From contig NZ_CAMEFJ010000006.1 in assembly GCF_945915485.1 (NCBI RefSeq), positions 918-64,917 of the forward strand: 64,000 nucleotides of DNA. The letters are read 5' to 3'. Of the stretch, positions 58,158 to 64,000 are shown in pieces; positions within the stretch are counted from its first letter, which is position 1, and each line of letters begins with the position of its first letter. Source of the DNA: an uncultured Agrococcus sp. (GTDB lineage: Bacteria > Actinomycetota > Actinomycetes > Actinomycetales > Microbacteriaceae). A program made the position numbers and the translations under genes. The notes beneath the pieces are model-generated. The model was not told the DNA's origin. It was given only the letters and a program-made list of their open reading frames with translations, and ran no database searches.

Positions 58158-58239
58158 CTAGCCTTCGACGTTAGGATCTGAGCGCGACCGGCTAGGTATG
58201 ACTGCAAAACGGCTAGGTTGCCGTCGAGGAGAAGCTAGG
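58158..58239. promoter_or_regulatory. Phased GYTAGG box array upstream of adhesin
   Basis: GYTAGG at 58170, 58191, 58212, 58234 (spacing 21, 21, 22 bp) plus an inverted CTAGC at 58158. Confidence 0.6.
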
Positions 58240-58255
58240 GATTCACCGTAATGCC

Positions 58256-59068
58256 CTACTCCTCGCGCTTCGCGTTGACCCTTCCCGTGTACCGTCCGAA
58301 AGGCAGCTTCGAGACTCGGTCTGCCTCCTGATGTCGCGCGATATCGCGTTGCACGAGCACGTCGAGTGCACGAGCGCGGTCAGTCAGGATTGCGCGTTGC
58401 TGCTCTTGGGGGAGGCGGGCGAACAAGGACTCTACCGCGCGGATACGGCCGCGACGATAGCCGGTGAAGGAGAGGATCGACATGATGAGCCCTCCGACGA
58501 CAAGCGCGAGGTACGCCCACATCGGGATCATGAGTTCGCCGAATCCGTCATAGATGTTGATTGCGAGGAACATCGCATTGATGATCGCGCCTATCGTCAC
58601 CATAACCGCCATCGCCTGTGATGCGAGGCGCCAATGCCGCTGGACGCTGCGGACGACGATGTTCGTGACGACGAGAATGATGCCGATGACCGCGCAGAGC
58701 AGCGCGATCGTGAGCCGCGATCCCACGTTGGTGAAGTTGACCGTTTCGAAGTCGTAGTCGGCGCCGCTGTCGTACACGTACGTGATGGTGCGGCCGAACC
58801 AGCTAGCCGGTGCCACCATCAAGGCGCTGAAGACGAGTGCGGCAAGGCCGACGCAGGGAAACAGCCACTCTTCGAGGAAGTGCGCGAAACCGCCCTTTCG
58901 AAACGTACCGTCTCCAGAACCCTTCGGCAGGTTCTCGACAGCGAGCGCACTGGCTACCTCGGGGATGCCCTTCGCGGCCTCGCGCTCGACATCCCCCAGC
59001 TGCGGGCTGGGGTGGTTCATCGCCCATTGCGCTGCCGGCGAGTGTTGCGTTGGGGCTTGCTGTTGCAT
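58256..59068 (-). CDS. Hypothetical 4-TM membrane protein
   Basis: Q/P-rich N-terminus, four hydrophobic segments, basic soluble C-terminal region. Confidence 0.7.
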   Translation of the reverse strand: MQQQAPTQHSPAAQWAMNHPSPQLGDVEREAAKGIPEVASALAVENLPKGSGDGTFRKGGFAHFLEEWLFPCVGLAALVFSALMVAPASWFGRTITYVYDSGADYDFETVNFTNVGSRLTIALLCAVIGIILVVTNIVVRSVQRHWRLASQAMAVMVTIGAIINAMFLAINIYDGFGELMIPMWAYLALVVGGLIMSILSFTGYRRGRIRAVESLFARLPQEQQRAILTDRARALDVLVQRDIARHQEADRVSKLPFGRYTGRVNAKREE

Positions 59069-59162
59069 CGATGTCCATGGTGGAGCGTCTTGCTGTGGGC
59101 AACCCTAACACGCTCTGTGCACGTCATCCGCGTAAGAACGTCAACGCGAGGCGCTCAATGGG

Positions 59163-60266
59163 CTAAGGCACGCGCAGGATCGCCACGGGGTCCAGCCGTG
59201 AAGCACGAATCGCGGGCAATGCAGCACCTACCAGTGCCGTTAGGAGCAACAGCACCGGGACGCTCAGTATGAACTCCAGCCGTGGTACCGCCTGGGCGAC
59301 GGTGTACGTTATGGCGACACCGGCCGCAGTGCCGACCACGGCTCCCAGCGCGGCAGCGAATCCGCTTCCCAATAGCACGCTGCCGACGATCATCGATCGA
59401 GTGGCGCCCAGCGCCCTTCTGCGTCCTATCTCGCGCGCCATGGATGTCACGCGCCCGAACTGCACAGCGGCAACGAGAAGCGCAACGAGCGCGAGCAAGG
59501 CCGACACCGTCTGTCTCGACGATGCCGCCAAGTCATCGATGACGTCCTGCGACAATTGAGCGAGCCCATCATCGATCTCGAACGCGAGATCGTTCGGATT
59601 TTCGGCGATGATGGATGCTCTGAGTGCCAGTTGCACGGGCTGCAGCTGATGGATGTCGGTAACGCTGACAAGCAGGGTGACGGGGCTGGTTTGGCCGCTG
59701 CTCACAACGATGATTTCGTCATTCCACGATGAGAGCGGTGGAGCGACATCGGCTTCCCGCACGACATCGGCTGCGAACACACCGTCCGTGACGTGGCCCG
59801 TGCTGTCCTCGAAACCGAGCTGCTGAGCCACTCCCGGTCCGGAAATCGCTTGGCCAGGCAGCAGGCTACGACGCTCCAGGTTCTCCACAACCGGCGGGAG
59901 ATCACCGAAGATCTCGCGAGCGGTCACGGACGGGCCTCCCTGGAATGCACCAGCTGCAACCGTTCGAGAGGGCCCTACACCGACGGCCCACTCGACTCCG
60001 CTTAAAGTTTCTATAACGGCAACGCTGGCGGGGTCGATCCTTGCGTTGCCATTCGAGTCCGACACGACGATCATGCGGCCCTCGGGTGAATTCAATCGCT
60101 CGAGCGCTCGCTGTTGGCTCGCGAGCGCCAACCCGCTTGTCGCGAAAACTGCGACGGCCGCTGCCGCGACAATGAGAGCAAGCACAAGCGATGGCACAAG
60201 GGGATACCGCAGCTTGCGCCAGGCGTCCAGCACCAGCGCTCCTGCAAGCTCAAGTTTTGAGTTCAA
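59163..60266 (-). CDS. FtsX/MacB-like ABC permease
   Basis: TM1, large extracytoplasmic loop, three C-terminal TMs, REIGRRRALGA, PAIRASRLDP..LR. Confidence 0.9.
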   Translation of the reverse strand: MNSKLELAGALVLDAWRKLRYPLVPSLVLALIVAAAAVAVFATSGLALASQQRALERLNSPEGRMIVVSDSNGNARIDPASVAVIETLSGVEWAVGVGPSRTVAAGAFQGGPSVTAREIFGDLPPVVENLERRSLLPGQAISGPGVAQQLGFEDSTGHVTDGVFAADVVREADVAPPLSSWNDEIIVVSSGQTSPVTLLVSVTDIHQLQPVQLALRASIIAENPNDLAFEIDDGLAQLSQDVIDDLAASSRQTVSALLALVALLVAAVQFGRVTSMAREIGRRRALGATRSMIVGSVLLGSGFAAALGAVVGTAAGVAITYTVAQAVPRLEFILSVPVLLLLTALVGAALPAIRASRLDPVAILRVP

Positions 60267-60919
60267 ACCGCAGCCTCTTGGCGATTGCCGAGGTCGAGCA
60301 GGTCGCCGAACGAGCGAGCTCGTTCCTGGTCGTGGGTGGCGATGATGACCGTGGTTCCCGCTTCAGCGCTCTCCTGTAGCGCACTCCAGACGATGTCGGC
60401 GGTAGCGGGGTCGAGGTTGCCCGTTGGTTCGTCGGCGAACAGCACGGTTGGATGCCGTATGAGAGCACGACACAGGGCGATGCGCTGAGCCTGTCCTCCT
60501 GAAACCTGCCCTGGCCTACGATACGTCTGGTCGCCGACTCCGAATTGTTCCAGGAGATGCTTCGCTCGGCTCATAGCGGCAGCTCGTGGCATACGTCCGA
60601 TCCAGGCGGCTTCGAGCACATTCTCCAATGCTGTTTGCGCAAGGTCGAGTACTGCGTCTTGAAACACGAACCCGCTGTGCCGTGCTCTCAGCACCGATCG
60701 CTCCGCGTCTGGCAATGAGTCCACTCGGTCATCTCCCCAGGCGACTGCGCCCCGCACAGGCGTCAGCATGAGAGCGAGTGTATAGAGCAGCGTCGATTTT
60801 CCTGAGCCAGAGGATCCGATGAGCGCAGTGATGCTGCCTTCTCGGAACTCGTGCCGCAAGCCTTCAACGACCGAGATTCCACCGTAGCCGACCGTGAGCC
60901 CATCCGCGGAGATTCTCAT
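60263..60919 (-). CDS. ABC ATPase (LolD/MacB-like)
   Basis: GSSGSGKST, GFVFQ, VSGGQAQR, FADEPTGNLD, ATHD. Confidence 0.93.
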   Translation of the reverse strand: MRISADGLTVGYGGISVVEGLRHEFREGSITALIGSSGSGKSTLLYTLALMLTPVRGAVAWGDDRVDSLPDAERSVLRARHSGFVFQDAVLDLAQTALENVLEAAWIGRMPRAAAMSRAKHLLEQFGVGDQTYRRPGQVSGGQAQRIALCRALIRHPTVLFADEPTGNLDPATADIVWSALQESAEAGTTVIIATHDQERARSFGDLLDLGNRQEAAV

Positions 60920-60922
60920 GAG

Positions 60923-62002
60923 CTATTCCTCCGGCTGTTCTCGCACGAGAATTCGCTCGCCGACATCGATTCCCTCGACGATGCTCTGGCCGTTCGAGGA
61001 AGCGAGCACCGTCACTGGCACCTCGTTTCCGTTTTCGAGTATCACGAAGGTCTCGCCCGACGCGTCGATGCGGACGGCCGCGGTCGGCACCGCGGGCCCC
61101 GTCGTCTCCGGAACCAGGATGAGCGTACCCTGCAGCTGCGTTGCGTCGCCCTGGTCAACCACTTCGCCGCAGCTTTCACCGCAGATGGATCCCTCGCCAT
61201 TCGGAGGGCCAAGAACAGCCTCGAGAGTGCCGTCCTCAGCCGAGGCGATTTCTTCGACTTCAGCGTGCCAGACCTCATCGCCGACGGCGATCTCGACGCC
61301 CATGCCGGGCTGGATCCTGGACGCCGCATCCTCGAGCACGGGAAGCGCGAATCTCGGTTCGGAAGAAACCACATTGATGAGTACCTGGCCGGGAGCGACT
61401 TCGTTGCCGACCGTGACCTCGGAGTCGAGTCCAATTGCGGCGGGAAGTTCCGGCAGAAACACCACACGCCCTCTCGGCACGGTGTCGGTATTCCCGAGCC
61501 CCATATTCGCAGACCAGGAGCGCACAGCCTGCGCTGTCACCCCGTCGTAGACTCCGGTCGGCTCGCCTCCCAGGTAGTTCTCGTCGATCAAGAAGCGCTG
61601 CAACTGCTCGACGTCGTCGCCTCGGGTATCGCGGGTGAGTGCGCGAAACGCCGGCACCTCACCCTGCATGGCGAACACCGGCTCAAGATCAACGGAGTAG
61701 ATCTCATCGCCTGCTTCGACGCTGGTGCCGGTCACATTCACGCTCGTCAGGGTTCCGGAGTAGCCGTTGACACCGCCCGGTGTCCCGGGCCACGACGCTT
61801 GGACCACGTAGGTGTGCTCCTGCCGGACCGTGTCTTCGACGACCTCCACGGTCACGGCCTCCTCATCCGAAGTTTGTATGCGTTCGGGAGTTACCGCTTG
61901 GTCGGCAGCGAACCAGCCGATCGCCAACGCTATGACAACGCTCGCAATCCACGCGGTGGGAACAACCCATCGACGTCGTTTGCTCTCAGACCGCCGACTC
62001 AT
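60923..62002 (-). CDS. Membrane-fusion/adaptor protein with peptidoglycan-binding domain
   Basis: N-terminal TM, lipoyl-like halves, internal GDDVEQLQRFL...GVYDGVTAQAVRSW PG-binding motif, C-terminal VP..AV...V.V...GI..GE.I. Confidence 0.85.
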   Translation of the reverse strand: MSRRSESKRRRWVVPTAWIASVVIALAIGWFAADQAVTPERIQTSDEEAVTVEVVEDTVRQEHTYVVQASWPGTPGGVNGYSGTLTSVNVTGTSVEAGDEIYSVDLEPVFAMQGEVPAFRALTRDTRGDDVEQLQRFLIDENYLGGEPTGVYDGVTAQAVRSWSANMGLGNTDTVPRGRVVFLPELPAAIGLDSEVTVGNEVAPGQVLINVVSSEPRFALPVLEDAASRIQPGMGVEIAVGDEVWHAEVEEIASAEDGTLEAVLGPPNGEGSICGESCGEVVDQGDATQLQGTLILVPETTGPAVPTAAVRIDASGETFVILENGNEVPVTVLASSNGQSIVEGIDVGERILVREQPEE

Positions 62003-62610
62003 TCAACAGAACCGTCTTCCCCGAGATTCTCGAGCATCCGTTCTTCTATTTCAATACCGGTTGGATCGGGACAGTGCTCTGTCAGTTCGAAAATGTCATA
62101 GCCGTTCTCACCGGCTTCCCCGACCGGGTCCCAGCGAGCACCATCCCATTGCTCGATCCACTCATCCACGGACGGTGCATCACCGACCACATACCCGTTC
62201 TCGCGCAAACATTCTGCCTGCTCCGAGATGAGTTCATAGGCGGCAATCTTGAAGTCTTCTGTCGCCGCCGGTAGCTCCGGAGGTTCACCGGCGGCTTCGA
62301 TGCAGTCTGGATCCAGCAAGCCGTTCCACAATTCATCGAAATCGGTACCCGGCGCATAAGCGGGATCGACGGATACCGATCCATCCTCTTGCGTCACGAC
62401 CCGGGCATCTACGCCCTTGTCGCGAAGGCACTGCACAAAGTCCTCGGCCCATTCGTTGGTTAGCTCGCGATACTCGGTGTGCGAAGTGGGCTGCGGCGCC
62501 GCTTGTTCTTCCTGCGCACACGCGTTGCTTACCGCCGCGAGGCCTGCAACCGCAATAATCGCCAACACCCGTGTGACCAGGCTCTGATTCTTTCCAGTTC
62601 TGATTCTCAT
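61999..62610 (-). CDS. Hypothetical Cys-patterned lipoprotein
   Basis: Signal peptide ending SNAC; two similar halves FVQCLRDKG...C and QAECLRENGY...CP; 4-bp overlap with adaptor gene. Confidence 0.75.
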   Translation of the reverse strand: MRIRTGKNQSLVTRVLAIIAVAGLAAVSNACAQEEQAAPQPTSHTEYRELTNEWAEDFVQCLRDKGVDARVVTQEDGSVSVDPAYAPGTDFDELWNGLLDPDCIEAAGEPPELPAATEDFKIAAYELISEQAECLRENGYVVGDAPSVDEWIEQWDGARWDPVGEAGENGYDIFELTEHCPDPTGIEIEERMLENLGEDGSVE

Positions 62611-62715
62611 CAAATTCACTACATTCTCTAGGCAGGAAGCGGCTGGTGAGCCCGTGTGCACGGATCAACTATCGTCAATGCCGCTGGGCCCACCAACGTC
62701 GGGTATCAAGTAGCC

Positions 62716-63063
62716 CTAGAGTCCAGCAGGGCTACAGCTCGGGTTCACGCTCGTAGCATTGCCCCCGCTGACAAGACGCCAGTATCCCCCGCCATACCCG
62801 TTGTTTTGCATGTCGACGATGTTTCTCGATGAACTAGCGGGCGCGTGATACATAGGAGAGCCGCCGTTTTCATTCCAGTCACCCGGTGCCCAAGAATTCG
62901 CTGCTTCGGGGCTGATTCTGGCGGTGAGGCGACCGTAGTCAGACCCACACCCGTGCGTCTGCGCGCCCGAATCATACGCGGCTTGCGCTGGAATTACGCC
63001 GACGAAGAGGGCCAACGCTGCTGATGCGCCTGCAGCAAACAGCATCTTGCTTTTTTTACTCAT
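62716..63063 (-). CDS. Small secreted Gly/Asn-rich protein with two terminal Cys
   Basis: GGGAG SD, Sec signal ending PAQA, ~87-aa mature part with one Cys near each end. Confidence 0.75.
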   Translation of the reverse strand: MSKKSKMLFAAGASAALALFVGVIPAQAAYDSGAQTHGCGSDYGRLTARISPEAANSWAPGDWNENGGSPMYHAPASSSRNIVDMQNNGYGGGYWRLVSGGNATSVNPSCSPAGL

Positions 63064-63351
63064 GTGAAACTCCCTTGTTCCGTTCGAGACTGCTCTCAGC
63101 GGTCACGATAGCAACGATTTCTTTAGATTGCATCAAAGAATTGTGCACGGATCGCTTCGTGCCCGTATGAGAACGTAGACACCCAGCTTTAGCCTCTGCA
63201 GTCAGGGGTTCGGGGTCGCGCCGAACAAGCACGAGTTCTCCACAAGTAGACGAAACGGAAGCGGCATCGACTTCATCAGGCGAGTAGCCTTGAACGTCAC
63301 CGTCGATGCTTGCGGGCCTTGACGGACAGGGGGAAGAATGGAGGAATGTAC

Positions 63352-63750
63352 ATGAGCCCGGAGACGATTACCATCGTGGTTTCCACGGTGGGAGCGGTAC
63401 TCACGCTCTTCGCCGGGCTCGGCGCCATGCTCGCTTGGCTGCACAAGAACCTCAAAGCCGATATAGCGACAGCCTCAGCATCCGTCAGAAGCGAGATGCT
63501 CGTACGCTTCGACAGAATCGACGAGCGCTTCGCCGCTGTCGACGCACGGTTCGACAGAATCGACGACCGCTTCGAGAAAGTAGACGAACGTTTCGAGAAA
63601 ATGGACGAACGTTTCGACAAAGTGGACGAGCGCTTCGAGAAAGTCGGCGCTGAGTTCAAAGAAGTCCGGTCCGAACTCGAATCCGTCAAGATTTCTGTAG
63701 CGAGGATCGAAGGGCCGCTGCCACGATTCTTGCCCACGACCCGTTGGTAA
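63352..63750 (+). CDS. Membrane-anchored coiled-coil protein with heptad repeats
   Basis: GGAGG SD, N-terminal TM, seven RF(D/E)xxDE-like heptads, VARIEG end (ATG 63346 alternative start). Confidence 0.75.
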   Translation: MSPETITIVVSTVGAVLTLFAGLGAMLAWLHKNLKADIATASASVRSEMLVRFDRIDERFAAVDARFDRIDDRFEKVDERFEKMDERFDKVDERFEKVGAEFKEVRSELESVKISVARIEGPLPRFLPTTRW

Positions 63751-63848
63751 ATGCATTGCATTGCTTGCGAACGATCGCAGCGTAACTCTCAAAAAGATTG
63801 CACGAGTCCAGACGGCTTCTGCACTCGTGCAACTCTCCTTGCCGAAAT

Positions 63849-64000
63849 CTAACCTCTGTAGTTAGGAGCCTCCGCACCCGCGCTGACGCGCTGGAGCTCC
63901 TAGACGAGGGCCATTTCTGGCCCTCGTGCGACGCCAGCGCCGTATCCGTCTCGGATACGGCCACTCAAACCGGCCGCTAACCTCTGTAATTAGGAGCCTC
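63849..64000. repeat. 24-bp direct repeat with 128-bp period enclosing hairpins (truncated by window end)
   Basis: CTAACCTCTGTA(G/A)TTAGGAGCCTC at 63849 and 63977. Confidence 0.7.

Noticed and set aside
15493-63750. Prophage, integrative element or IS explaining the accessory modules
   Set aside because: No integrase, transposase, phage structural gene, tRNA or flanking att-like direct repeat was seen
63849-64000. CRISPR interpretation of the terminal 24-bp direct repeat
   Set aside because: Only two copies are visible and the 104-bp structured interval is far longer than a CRISPR spacer

Overview
High-GC actinobacterial chromosome segment; gene content and order suggest Microbacteriaceae. 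The core backbone runs maf, a heterodimeric ABC exporter, mgtE, acyl-CoA carboxylase alpha subunit, lpdA, a nucleoside-salvage cluster (punA, phospho-sugar mutase, add, deoA, cdd, nucleoside ABC transporter, nucleoside hydrolase), manC, cydAB with a fused cydDC, blaI/M56, sdhCDAB, ptsI, yihY, xth and trpS. Accessory surface modules interrupt or follow it: (i) a sortase-C two-pilin fimbrial locus between add and deoA, flanked by two related small membrane proteins; (ii) a large ATPase-LuxR regulator convergent on a thioester/ester-bond adhesin whose promoter carries four helically phased GYTAGG boxes; (iii) a five-gene module of small secreted two-Cys protein, four-Cys lipoprotein, peptidoglycan-binding adaptor and MacB-like ABC transporter. 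Non-coding signals include a candidate 32-aa leader peptide before mgtE, two BlaI-type palindromes before cydA, a DtxR/IdeR-type box before sdhC, two TetR palindromes, many apparently leaderless genes and several REP-like repeats. No rRNA, tRNA, CRISPR array, transposase or integrase was recognised. All calls are by eye from motifs and synteny; no database searches were run.
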